NCBI GenBank assembly: GCA_046726415.1
Contig: JBKPAK010000013.1
Location: 8,330-72,329, forward strand
DNA length: 64,000 nucleotides
From: Candidatus Methylomirabilota bacterium
GTDB lineage: Bacteria; Methylomirabilota; Methylomirabilia; Rokubacteriales; CSP1-6
Reading direction: 5' to 3'
Under the pieces are notes generated by a model, which made no database searches, was not told the DNA's origin, and saw nothing but the letters and a program-made list of their open reading frames with translations. Made by a program: the position numbers and the translations under genes. The stretch's first letter is position 1. Each line of letters starts with the position of its first letter. This document shows, in pieces, positions 47,448 to 56,695 of the stretch.

Positions 47448-47555
47448 TCCGGTTCCTCCTGCGCAGGAATCTGGCTCTCCGTCACGGGCGCCACCATGAG
47501 ATGCGCCTCGCCCCCGACCGGGGGCGGAGAGTCCGCACCGTTCGCCCCGCGGCTT

Positions 47556-48098
47556 CTAACTCCGACGATCGGCCAGGCATCCGCCCTCGGCTTGGTGCCG
47601 CTGCCCGGTGGGGAGGTACCGCAGGAGTCTCGCGGGGTTTCCGACCACGATGGCATTCGCGGGCACATCGCGGGTGACGACGCTGCCGGCTCCGACGATG
47701 GCGCTCTCCCCAATGGTCACGTTGAACAGGATCGTCGCTCCGGAGCCGATCGATGCTCCCCTTCTGACTAACGTGGTCTCCACCTTCCAGTCCGTCTCGG
47801 TCTGGAGTTCCCCTGTGGGCGTCGTAGCCCTTGGGAGGGAGTCGTTAATGAAAGTGACGCCGTGGCCGATGAAGACGTGGTCCTCGACGGTGACCCCCTC
47901 GCAGATGAAGGTATGGCTTGAAATCTTGCACCGGCGGCCGATCCTGGCATTCTTCTGTATTTCGACGAATGTTCCGATCTTCGTCTCGTCGCCGATCGCG
48001 CAGCCGTACAGATTAATGAACTTCGCGAGCTTGACATCGCGACCCAACGTGACGTCGGGGGCAAGGCAGAGGTATTGATTCGCCGGCAGCCGTTTCAT
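47556..48098 (-). CDS. Hexapeptide-repeat N-acyltransferase (WbpD/WxcM-like)
   Basis: IGDETKIGTFVEIQ, ICEGVTVED, FINDSLPRA, GASIGSGATI, GAGSVVTRDVP..GNPAR. ATG at 48098. Confidence 0.92.
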   Translation of the reverse strand: MKRLPANQYLCLAPDVTLGRDVKLAKFINLYGCAIGDETKIGTFVEIQKNARIGRRCKISSHTFICEGVTVEDHVFIGHGVTFINDSLPRATTPTGELQTETDWKVETTLVRRGASIGSGATILFNVTIGESAIVGAGSVVTRDVPANAIVVGNPARLLRYLPTGQRHQAEGGCLADRRS

Positions 48099-48108
48099 GT
48101 CAGCGCGG

Positions 48109-48648
48109 CTAGGCCGCCGCCACGAGGGTGCAGTCCAGCTCCACCGCGACGCTCCGGCACAGCATATTGATCGAGAGGACAAGGAGGCCTTTGTTGGGGT
48201 TTCCCCGGACGAAGATCCCCTCGACGTCCGCTAGCGGCCCGCGCGCGATTCGGACCCACTGACCCTCGCGGAGATAGACATGGGGGAAGACGGGAAGGCG
48301 GGGGCGTAGCGCCCGCTGAATGGCGCCGATCTCCGAGTCGGGCACTGTCTCCAGTCGATCCCACCGGTCCCCTAAGATCGATACGAGGCCGGGCGACTTG
48401 CAGACTTCGATATACGTGGCTTTGTCCATCGGGTGACGCAGGAAGAGGTAGCCGCGGAACATTGGAACCTGCGCCAGGTACCGGTGCCGTCCGCGCCTCG
48501 ACCAGGCGTCGAGTTTGGGGAGAAACACCTCCAAGCCCTTCGCGGTCAACTGGTCATGCACGCGCTGCTCGCAGTTGCTGTGCGTCCATAGGACGTGCCA
48601 TCTCGCGCCGGCGCTCGGGGGTACGGGATTCGTCTCGGTTTCTGACAA
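48109..48648 (-). CDS. NusG-family (RfaH/UpxY/LoaP-like) operon-specific antiterminator
   Basis: WHVLWTHSNCE, FLP, PMFRGYLF NGN domain plus KOW (GQWVRIARGPLADVEG); first gene of the long minus-strand run. Confidence 0.93.
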   Translation of the reverse strand: MSETETNPVPPSAGARWHVLWTHSNCEQRVHDQLTAKGLEVFLPKLDAWSRRGRHRYLAQVPMFRGYLFLRHPMDKATYIEVCKSPGLVSILGDRWDRLETVPDSEIGAIQRALRPRLPVFPHVYLREGQWVRIARGPLADVEGIFVRGNPNKGLLVLSINMLCRSVAVELDCTLVAAA

Positions 48649-48845
48649 GGCTTCGCCCCCTTTGGTTCAGCCACGCTGCGAGGCCGAACCAACTGTGTCC
48701 TACCCTTCCAGGCAGATCGGACGCCTTCTGGCCGAGGGGTTGACCGGCGGCTGCCGGGATTCCACCCTCGCGAGGTGGCGCCGGAATCGTCCTCTGAATC
48801 TGTGCGACGTTGCCTACAGGGATTGCCTAAAACCGCGTAGGGATG

Positions 48846-48861
48846 AGCAGGGGCCGTGCCA
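48846..48861 (-). promoter_or_regulatory. Putative sigma54 (-24/-12) promoter of the long minus-strand operon
   Basis: Minus strand reads TGGCAC-GGCCC-CTGCT, about 200 bp upstream of the nusG-family start. Confidence 0.75.
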
Positions 48862-48913
48862 TCGTCGGGTCCGATGTAACCACGCGATTAGGCGCGCGTT
48901 ACCGGACTTGAAC

Positions 48914-48929
48914 GTGCAACATCTTGCAC
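48914..48929. promoter_or_regulatory. Palindromic candidate enhancer (activator-binding) site
   Basis: GTGCAA-CATC-TTGCAC perfect 6-bp dyad, 53-68 bp upstream of the -24 element. Confidence 0.45.
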
Positions 48930-49329
48930 ACCCTCAGCAAACGGGCCGCAGAACGCAATCAATCACGTGCGGTCGCTCAAATCAAAGATGGCGGCGGTGC
49001 CTGGCGCGCATTCCTCGACGTTGGCCAAGGCTTTCGTTCGTGGGGCCTTTCTCGACCCTGGGGCTGTCATTCCGGGCCATCTCAGCGTTTCGAGGAGCGC
49101 GGTCAGCGCCGGCCTCGGGCCTTCAAGTTCCGCCTCGAACGCCGCCAGGTGACATCCGTACCGACGGATTCCCAGCTCCCAGCCGTGGCTTCCAGGCCGG
49201 GAAGTTCGCGTCGCAACCGTCAGCCGAGTACCCGCGGCCCCCGGCGACCCGCCCACGTCGACCCGGCAAGGACTGCGCGATATACTCGTTTGGTCTCTGG
49301 CTCCGGATTGGTCCGGAGGCCGCGCCCAA

Positions 49330-49440
49330 GCCCCCAGGGCAGGCACGGCACTGTCGGAGCACGGCGTCCCTTCGTCCCTGCCGGGCGTAGAGGCGGATCA
49401 GGCTGCGGTGTGCCGCTTCGTGCGCTGGCTTCACGGCGAA
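49330..49440 (-). pseudogene. Fragment of a BTAD (SARP-family regulator) domain
   Basis: PAHEAAHRSLIRLYARQGRRDAVLRQCRAC resembles the BTAD consensus P..E..HR.LMRLY...GRR..ALRQY..C. Confidence 0.6.
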
Positions 49441-49795
49441 GAGTCGGAGCGTGACCTTTACCGCCGACTCGACCTGGCCCCAGCTAGGCCAGGAGACGAT
49501 CGAGCGCCTCCACAGTGAGCTGGCGGAGCCGGTCGCAGTCGCGCGTCAGCCACTCCTCGCAGACCGGGCTCGTCCACCCGGAAGACCACGAGGAGGTCGC
49601 TCCGGTAGGGTTCCATCGAGGCCGCAAGGTATCGAGGCTCCAGTCCCCACGAGCGTCTGGAACTCGAGCGCCCCAGATCACAAATGCCCAAAGATTGTCA
49701 TCGGTGTCCCAAAAGTGAGTGGGCATGATGCGCTTCGCAGCCGCACCTGGAGTTGAATCTGAGAAAAACCATCGTCTCGGACGACTTTCGAGTTC

Positions 49796-49811
49796 TGGCA
49801 CATCCCCTGCA
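49796..49811 (+). promoter_or_regulatory. Putative sigma54 (-24/-12) promoter of the activator-ATPase-kinase operon
   Basis: TGGCAC-ATCCC-CTGCA, about 90 bp upstream of ATG 49900. Confidence 0.75.
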
Positions 49812-49899
49812 GCCCGTACGGGCGTCGTGCAGACGAGCGGCGATAGTTCGCAGGCCTCATCACACAAGCTGAACGACCTAGTCAGAACCTGGGCAGAAG

Positions 49900-51375
49900 A
49901 TGGCGATCTCTAGGCAACCCACCAGCAGAGTTCCATCGTCGCTGAGGGGCGCGGAGACGAACGGCACCGACTCGACACCGGGACCTGTGCTCGTGGTGGA
50001 GCTCGATCCGCTCCTCCAGCGCCACCTGGTCGGGCTTCTTGCCGAAGTGGGATACGAGGCCATGATAGCGAATTCGGTGGATGAGGCCCTGAGCATCCTC
50101 GAGGACGGCCGATGCGCCTTCACCCTGCTCGGCGTGAACATCGGTGGGGACGAAGGAAGCGAGCTCCTGCGCCGTCTGAGAACGCATGGGGGAGATGCCG
50201 GACCTGTGATCACCTTAACGCGGGGAGAGGAAATGCCGGAGGCCACATCGCTGGGCGCGACCCATCTCATTGGAGAGCCCGTGACCCGGGAAGACCTGGC
50301 GCATGCCATCAAGCAGGCGTGCTCCAGCGCTCAGCGCATCGAGTCTGCCCTCCCGAGCAAGGATTCTCGGGTCAAACTGGAAGTGGAGCTCTCGCTCTGG
50401 TGCAGTCCCCGCATGCAGGAGGTGCGGCACACTATCAAGCTGATTGCCAATGCCGATGTCACCGTTCTCATCTGCGGCGAGACGGGAACCGGCAAGGACG
50501 TCGTCGCCCGCGCCGTTCACCAGCTCTCGGCGCGGCGGTCCCGCCCCTTCGTCAAGGTCAACTGCGCAGCGCTGCCCCTGGACCTCCTCGAGAGCGAGCT
50601 GTTCGGTCACGAGCGAGGGGCATTCACGGGCGCCCACGAGCTCAAGATCGGCAAGTTCGAGCTGGCTAATCACGGGACGATCTTCCTGGATGAGATCGGC
50701 GATCTGCACCCGGCGCTGCAAGGAAAGCTACTGCACGTCCTGCAGGATGGCCAGTTCTCTCGAGTCGGCGGCAAGTCGACCATCAAGGTTGACGTGCGCA
50801 TCCTGGCGGCCACCAACCAGGATCTGGAGCGCAATGTGGCCGCCGGGACCTTCCGGGAAGATCTCTTCTATCGCCTGAACGTCATCCACATCGTCGTCCC
50901 GCCGCTGCGCGAGCGGCTCGAGGAGGTTGTGCCGCTCGCCCAGTACTTCATCCGCCGCTATTCGGAGCTGTTCCAGCGCGAGCCAGTCACCCTCGCGCCG
51001 GAGACGCTCCGCCGGCTCATGCAGCACCGCTACGCCGGTAATGTGCGCGAGCTCGAGAACGTGATCAAGCGGATGATCGTGCTAAACGATCCGTACCTGC
51101 TCAAGAACGGGTTCGCCCCGTTAGCTCCGCCCAGCGCGGCCGAGGCTCCGGCCGGGCCGAAGAAGCAGCCCGTCCCGACCGTGTCCTTGAAGGAGGTCGG
51201 TCGGCGGGCAGCCCAGGACGCCGAGCGCGCCGCCATTCTCCAGATGCTGGAGCAGACGCGGTGGAATCGGCTTCGCGCCGCGAAGCTGCTCAACATCAGC
51301 TACCGAGCGCTGCTCTACAAGATGAAGGAAGCCGGCATCAGCCTCGGCCGTGAGGGCTCGAATGCCCATGAGTGA
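49900..51375 (+). CDS. Sigma54-dependent activator (NtrC family) with degenerate receiver domain
   Basis: GETGTGKD, ESELFGHERGAFTGA, FLDEIG, FREDLFYRLNV, GNVRELEN, Fis HTH; the REC domain lacks the phospho-Asp and Lys. Confidence 0.96.
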   Translation: MAISRQPTSRVPSSLRGAETNGTDSTPGPVLVVELDPLLQRHLVGLLAEVGYEAMIANSVDEALSILEDGRCAFTLLGVNIGGDEGSELLRRLRTHGGDAGPVITLTRGEEMPEATSLGATHLIGEPVTREDLAHAIKQACSSAQRIESALPSKDSRVKLEVELSLWCSPRMQEVRHTIKLIANADVTVLICGETGTGKDVVARAVHQLSARRSRPFVKVNCAALPLDLLESELFGHERGAFTGAHELKIGKFELANHGTIFLDEIGDLHPALQGKLLHVLQDGQFSRVGGKSTIKVDVRILAATNQDLERNVAAGTFREDLFYRLNVIHIVVPPLRERLEEVVPLAQYFIRRYSELFQREPVTLAPETLRRLMQHRYAGNVRELENVIKRMIVLNDPYLLKNGFAPLAPPSAAEAPAGPKKQPVPTVSLKEVGRRAAQDAERAAILQMLEQTRWNRLRAAKLLNISYRALLYKMKEAGISLGREGSNAHE

Positions 51376-51388
51376 CGCCTGAACCGCC

Positions 51389-52363
51389 ATGGCCATCAAC
51401 CTCGCCTTCTTCGGTCTCGCCCGGGAGCCATTCAACCCGGCGCCTGACCCCGCCTTTCTGTTCCTGAGTCCTGGTCACGAAGACGCCTTGGCCCTGCTCG
51501 TGTACGGGGTGACCGAGCGCAAGGCGTTCATGCTCCTCACTGGCGAGATCGGGACCGGGAAGACGACCCTGCTGCAGGCCCTGATGGCGCAGCTGGGTGA
51601 TCACACGGCCGTGGCCTTCGTAACCATCTCCACGCTGCCGTTCGAGGGTCTCGTCGAGTGCATCCTGGACGGTTTTGGAATAGCCAAGCCGGGTCAGTCC
51701 ACCGCCCGGCAGCTACTGGCGCTGCAAGCCTTTCTCATGGATCGCTATCACGCCGGTCAGAATGCCGTGGTCATCCTGGATGAGGCGCAAAATCTCACTC
51801 CCGAGACGCTGGAGCAGATCCGCCTGCTCTCGAACCTGGAGACGCCGGCCGCCAAGATTCTCCAGATCGTGCTAGTCGGGCAGCCTGAGCTGGTGGCCAA
51901 GGTGGAGCTACCCGAGCTGCGCCAACTCGATCAGCGGATCGCGCTGCGCTGCCGCACCGTACCGCTCAGCCCGTTTGAGACTCGTGACTATATTCAGACG
52001 CGGCTGCGCGTCGCGGGGGCGACCACTTTGGGCATTTTCACCGACGAGGCCGTGGAACGCATCGCCCGCGCGACACGCGGGATCCCGCGGCTGATCAACA
52101 ACATCTGCGACTACTGCCTCGTGATCGCTTACGCCGACCAGATCCGGCGGGTCGACCGAAAAATCGCCGACGAGGCCATCCGGTACTTCAGGAAACGTCC
52201 GGGCCGCCACCGGCGCACCGGAGGACTGGTGCCGCGCCGGGCCCTGGTGTGGGTCTCCGGGGCCGGGGTGGTCGCCGCCGCTGCCCTGGCCGGCCTACAC
52301 CTGGACGTGGCGCACGCCCTGATGGGTCTCGCGCGCAGCATGCGCGAGTTGGTGATGCGATGA
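51389..52363 (+). CDS. ExeA/GspA-like AAA ATPase (EPS/PEP-CTERM-locus type)
   Basis: FFGLAREPF..PDPAFLF, TGEIGTGKTT, LDEAQNL, LVGQPEL, GIPRLIN, C-terminal TM. Confidence 0.93.
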   Translation: MAINLAFFGLAREPFNPAPDPAFLFLSPGHEDALALLVYGVTERKAFMLLTGEIGTGKTTLLQALMAQLGDHTAVAFVTISTLPFEGLVECILDGFGIAKPGQSTARQLLALQAFLMDRYHAGQNAVVILDEAQNLTPETLEQIRLLSNLETPAAKILQIVLVGQPELVAKVELPELRQLDQRIALRCRTVPLSPFETRDYIQTRLRVAGATTLGIFTDEAVERIARATRGIPRLINNICDYCLVIAYADQIRRVDRKIADEAIRYFRKRPGRHRRTGGLVPRRALVWVSGAGVVAAAALAGLHLDVAHALMGLARSMRELVMR

Positions 52364-53253
52364 GCAAATTCGCTAAGGCTCTTCGACAGGCCGAGCAGGA
52401 CGCTGCCCTCGGCAAGAACGGCTCGGCTCCCGTCGAGCAGACGTCGTGCCCTGTGCTGGTGCCTGCCGAGTCGAACCTCTCTGTCGAGATCACGGATGAC
52501 CACCTGGTCAGCCTCATCAGCCCCGCCGCTTTCGAGGCCGAACAGTACCGGGCGCTCCGCCACGTCGTTGAGCAGATTCACAAGACGGCAAACGTGAAAG
52601 TCGTGGCCGTCTCCAGCCCGGCTGTCGGCGACGGCAAGACCACCACCGCAATCAACCTCGCGGGCGCCCTCGCCCAGTCGCCGGAAGCGAAGGTCCTGCT
52701 CGTCGACGGCGACGTGCGGCGCCCCTCGATCGGGACCCTGCTCCGTCACGTGGAAGCCAAGCCTGGCCTCGTCGACGCGATCCTGAACCCCGCCCGCACA
52801 CTAGACCAGGTGCTCGTGGACCGGCCGCAGTTCAACCTGTCCTTCATCCATGCCGGACGGAACCTATCTAGTAGCCCTTACGAGTTGCTGAAGTCCACGC
52901 GGCTCGGAGATTTGCTGGAAGAGGCGCGCCAACGGTTCGACTACGTGGTCGTCGACACCCCGCCCCTGGCAGCCGTCCAGGACTGTCGGCTCATCGCGCG
53001 ATGGGTGGACGGATTCCTTGTCGTGGTGGCCGCGCACCGCACCCCGCGGCGGCTCGTGGCGGAGGCCCTGGCCGTCATCGAGCCCACAAAGATCATTGGC
53101 CTCGTCTTCAACGGCGACAGCGACGGCCGGCACATCAGTTACTACGGGTACGCGGGCAACTATCTCGAAACGCGGCCCTCGCTCGGCCGCAGCGTCTCGT
53201 CACCCGCTAGGGGCCGCAAGTGGGTCTGGCGCCGCCGCGGGGAGCGGCGGTGA
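52360..53253 (+). CDS. CpsD/CapB family bacterial tyrosine kinase (stand-alone Wzc kinase half)
   Basis: AEQYRALR, SPAVGDGKTT, LVDGDVRRP, VVVDTPP, Tyr cluster SYYGYAGNY. ATG at 52360. Confidence 0.95.
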   Translation: MSKFAKALRQAEQDAALGKNGSAPVEQTSCPVLVPAESNLSVEITDDHLVSLISPAAFEAEQYRALRHVVEQIHKTANVKVVAVSSPAVGDGKTTTAINLAGALAQSPEAKVLLVDGDVRRPSIGTLLRHVEAKPGLVDAILNPARTLDQVLVDRPQFNLSFIHAGRNLSSSPYELLKSTRLGDLLEEARQRFDYVVVDTPPLAAVQDCRLIARWVDGFLVVVAAHRTPRRLVAEALAVIEPTKIIGLVFNGDSDGRHISYYGYAGNYLETRPSLGRSVSSPARGRKWVWRRRGERR

Positions 53254-54045
53254 TGTTCGCCGTCCTCGAAAGCCTGGTCGTCGGCAGGGTAGCCACCGCA
53301 CTCAAACGAGAGGAGCTCGACCTCAGAGAGTCCCGCACGATTCACTAGATTAGAATGGGCGGGGACACCCGTGTCATCGAACGCTACGCGTAGTGGCAGT
53401 ACGTGGATCCCACGACCACCGTCTCATAGACCTGGGACGAGATGCCAACTCCTTGCTGGGCAATCCGGACATAGGACTGAGCCGTGCCGCCTTGCCGCTC
53501 GACACGGACCCCCGGCGGTCCCACACGAATGACCTGTCCAGCTCGGCGTGAGTTGCGCTGGGCGGTGAGTGTGATTGTGACCGACACCCCCGGCGGTCCA
53601 TCTTCCCGACACGCTAGCTGACAGGATGTCGGTTCCGCTCCCGGCCGACGCTCCATCACACCGGGGCAAACTCCGCCGCTGAGATGGCCATCGTCGTCGA
53701 GGGGGTTGGGCGCGCTCGCCAGCCGCACCGGGTTGCGCCGTCCTCTTCGTCCACCACTCGCTCAAAGGCGCGGGGATCCCGGCGGTTCCCGGTCCCGACA
53801 CTATAGCGATGGGTGGGACTGAACGTCCGGCCCCGGTGAACGTCGCCCGACGGACCGCGCCGAGCGAACCAGGGGGCGGCCGCGGCCAGCTAAAGAGCGA
53901 AGATCAAAGCTCAGGGCTCCTGCACGGTGCATGATACTGTGGTGCCGGTGCGGGGCGCCTTCGTCGGTCCAGTGAGGTGGAGCTGCGGCGGGTACCGACG
54001 AGCACGGAGACCAAGCTGGCCGGGGGGTGCTGGGCCCCTTGGAGA

Positions 54046-55434
54046 ATGGTGGCGCGCGCTGGTTGCGGTAGAAGGCAACGCGTGAACCCGGTCGGTCGTC
54101 TTGCCTTCACGTTCTTGTTGGTGATCTGCGACATCGCGGCGTTCAGCGCCCCAGCGCGGGCCCAACAGCCGGTGCCCCCTGGGCAGGGGCAAACGATCCC
54201 GCCATTCCAGCAGTCTCCCGTCGAGCCGCCTTTCTCGCCACTGTTCGGCGCCTACACACCGCCGCCCACCGAGGCGCTGCCAGGGCAGCCGCCCCCGCCG
54301 CCTCCGTTCATGAAGAAAGGAGGGAGAGCGGCGGCGCCAGCAGCTCAGGAGGAGCGGTTCGTCCTTACCCCCTCGATCCTCATCGACGAGGCCTACACGG
54401 ACAACGTCTTCCTCGACAACGACTTCAAGCAGTCGGATTTCATCACGAGCTTCACGCCAGGCCTGCTGCTCGGTTTTCGGATGCCGGACTTCGGCGTCGG
54501 CGTGGGTTACGTCTTCACCTCCGAGATCTACGCGAAGGAGACCGAACTGAACGACGCTCTCGCGCGCTGGGGCGCCAGCGTGGCGGCGTTCTACGATCTC
54601 ACTCCGCGACTCCGGCTGAATTTCGAGGCCGCTTACTTCGAGGACAACAACACGACGGCATCAGGCATCGCCGGGATCTCGACCGGCCGGACAAACAGTC
54701 GCGGGGCGGCGGCCAGCCCCGCGTTGACGTGGCAGTTCGACCCGCTCACCAGGATCCACCTCAGCGCGGCCTGGTATACGCAGAGCTTTGACCAGGATCA
54801 GTTCACCAACGTTGCGCTAAACACCTACAATACATACACGTTCACGCCGACCGTCTCGAGGAAGATTACACCAAATCTCACGGGCACGTTCCGGTACCAG
54901 TATCTTTTCTCAGACGTCGGCAATGGCCAAAATGCCGAATACCACCTGATTCTTCCTGGTATTGACTACCAGATCAGGCCGGATCTATTTGCCACCCTCA
55001 GTGTGGGGCCGCAGATTACCACCGAGGGCCAGACCGGCACGACGCTAGCCGCACAGGTGGGTCTCACGAAAAACTTCACGTGGGGTTCGATCGGCCTGAA
55101 CGGCTCCCGGGCCGAAGTCCCGGCAGGCGGAATCGGAGGGTCGGCGGAGACCAACACCGTCGGGTTGTACGCAACGATCACCAATCTCTTCCTGCGAGGG
55201 CTGACGCTGGGTCTTAGTCCGTCTTACACGAACTCAAGCGGTGATGGCAGCCTGGGCACGACCGACTCGGTCAATCTCCAGGTCTTGGCCACCTACCCGA
55301 TCACGCGCTGGATGATCGGATTCCTGGCCTACAATTATTTTCGCCAACGGACGAATGGGACTGACCTCAACGACGTGGATGCCAACCGTGTGACCCTGGG
55401 CATCCAGCTCTTCGAGACCGTTCGCCCCCGGTAG
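54046..55434 (+). CDS. Outer-membrane beta-barrel of polysaccharide export (BBP2/EpsX-like)
   Basis: Signal peptide (ARA-QQ), Pro-rich linker, LTPSILIDEAYTDNV..SDFITSFTPG, alternating amphipathic strands, terminal NRVTLGIQLF; start uncertain (53977, 54046 or 54082). Confidence 0.82.
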   Translation: MVARAGCGRRQRVNPVGRLAFTFLLVICDIAAFSAPARAQQPVPPGQGQTIPPFQQSPVEPPFSPLFGAYTPPPTEALPGQPPPPPPFMKKGGRAAAPAAQEERFVLTPSILIDEAYTDNVFLDNDFKQSDFITSFTPGLLLGFRMPDFGVGVGYVFTSEIYAKETELNDALARWGASVAAFYDLTPRLRLNFEAAYFEDNNTTASGIAGISTGRTNSRGAAASPALTWQFDPLTRIHLSAAWYTQSFDQDQFTNVALNTYNTYTFTPTVSRKITPNLTGTFRYQYLFSDVGNGQNAEYHLILPGIDYQIRPDLFATLSVGPQITTEGQTGTTLAAQVGLTKNFTWGSIGLNGSRAEVPAGGIGGSAETNTVGLYATITNLFLRGLTLGLSPSYTNSSGDGSLGTTDSVNLQVLATYPITRWMIGFLAYNYFRQRTNGTDLNDVDANRVTLGIQLFETVRPR

Positions 55435-55552
55435 GAATCAAGCGCCGGCCGCGTGCGGCGCGGGGGGCGGGCAAGCGCACTCGGTCGCCCCCGTGGAACC
55501 GTGTAACCGGAGGAGCGCGAGGATCACATAGACGGCGACGTGAGCCGTGCGC

Positions 55553-56695
55553 TTAGAACAGCTTCGCGGGCACGACCAGCACGTCCCCCCCCTTCAGCTG
55601 GAGATCCTCATGACTTGCTGGATCGCTCATGATGTCCTTGATGTTGACGCGCTTCTCTACTTTCTTGGCGCCCTCCTGGCGTATCAAGGTCGTGCGGTTC
55701 GGCGCCGCGTAGTCGGTGAAGCCGCCGGCCAGGGCCATCAGCTTGAGTACGGTCAGAGCGTCCGCTCGCGGGTATGGACCCGGCCGCCTCACCTCGCCCA
55801 TTATGTAGACTGCGCCGCTATCGATGACCTGCGTGGTTTGTCCGCTCTGGATCTCGAACCCCCCGGGGATCGTCAGCGTATCGCCCGCCTTGAGCGTCAG
55901 GTTCTGTGACAGGTCTCCCTCCTGGATCAGGCGGTCGAGGTCCACCGGACTTCGCGTGGAGCCGCGCACCAGAAACGCCTTTCTGGGATCGGCCCCTGGG
56001 GCTATGCCGCCGGCGAGGAACAGGGCGTGCAGGACCGGCAGTTCCTGCTTGATGGGATAGATGCCCGGTTTCGCGAATTTTCCGAGCAGGTAGATCTGTG
56101 AGGCCCCGACCTCATTCGTTGCGGTTTCGATCTCGGGGACGACGATGGTGTCGTCAGTCTTCAACGCGATGTTCTGGCGGAGGTCGCCGCTCTGGATGAG
56201 CTTGCGCAGGTCGACGGAGATCTTCTCGTTGCCCCTGATCACATAGGCCGACGAGAGATCGGCGCCCGGTGCGACTCCGCCGGCGAGAGTGAGCCCCTGG
56301 AGGAGCGGCGTCCCGGCCTGCATGGGATGCACGCCTGGTTTTGCCACGCGCCCGACCAGGTAGACCCGGTAGCTCTTGACCTCCTTGACCATCACGGCCA
56401 CGCTGGGGTTCTTGACCGAGACAGATAGCTTTTCGGTGAGCGCGTCGGTGAGCTGGGGCACGGTGAGGCCTGCCGCCTTCAGCTCGCCCACGAGCGGGAA
56501 GGAAATCTTCCCGTCCGGTCGCACGGCCACCGCCTGATCGAGATCCTTGCTGCCCCACACGGTGATTTGCAACACGTCGTCGGTGCCGATGACGTAGTCC
56601 CCATCCGAGGCGGCCAAGCCACTCCCCGCCCCGAATAGCAGTAGCATCGCCACCAGACCGGAGGCCATTATCGAAGGTCGCATACGCTGTCTCAT
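55553..56695 (-). CDS. wza: Polysaccharide export OPX protein (Poly_export plus 3 SLBB), short periplasmic form
   Basis: YVIGTDDVLQITVW, VRPDGKISFPLVG, three SLBB repeats, ends LKGGDVLVVPAKLF; no lipobox Cys and no C-terminal OM helix. Confidence 0.92.
   Translation of the reverse strand: MRQRMRPSIMASGLVAMLLLFGAGSGLAASDGDYVIGTDDVLQITVWGSKDLDQAVAVRPDGKISFPLVGELKAAGLTVPQLTDALTEKLSVSVKNPSVAVMVKEVKSYRVYLVGRVAKPGVHPMQAGTPLLQGLTLAGGVAPGADLSSAYVIRGNEKISVDLRKLIQSGDLRQNIALKTDDTIVVPEIETATNEVGASQIYLLGKFAKPGIYPIKQELPVLHALFLAGGIAPGADPRKAFLVRGSTRSPVDLDRLIQEGDLSQNLTLKAGDTLTIPGGFEIQSGQTTQVIDSGAVYIMGEVRRPGPYPRADALTVLKLMALAGGFTDYAAPNRTTLIRQEGAKKVEKRVNIKDIMSDPASHEDLQLKGGDVLVVPAKLF

Noticed and set aside
48960-49870. 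Overlapping ORFs of 100-290 aa between the divergent promoters
   Set aside because: Apart from the BTAD stump I recognise nothing; likely degraded DNA plus regulatory sequence.
51389-52363. Type II secretion or exosortase/PEP-CTERM system
   Set aside because: Only the ExeA-like ATPase is present; no gsp, exosortase or PEP-CTERM genes are seen in this window.
53384-53728. Small minus-strand ORF with two GPPGV repeats (ACCCCCGGCGGTCC twice)
   Set aside because: No recognisable family or clear RBS; it cannot be distinguished from intergenic debris.
55460-55495. Intrinsic terminator between the convergent barrel and OPX genes
   Set aside because: An imperfect GC stem is present but has no U-tract on either strand; too weak to call.
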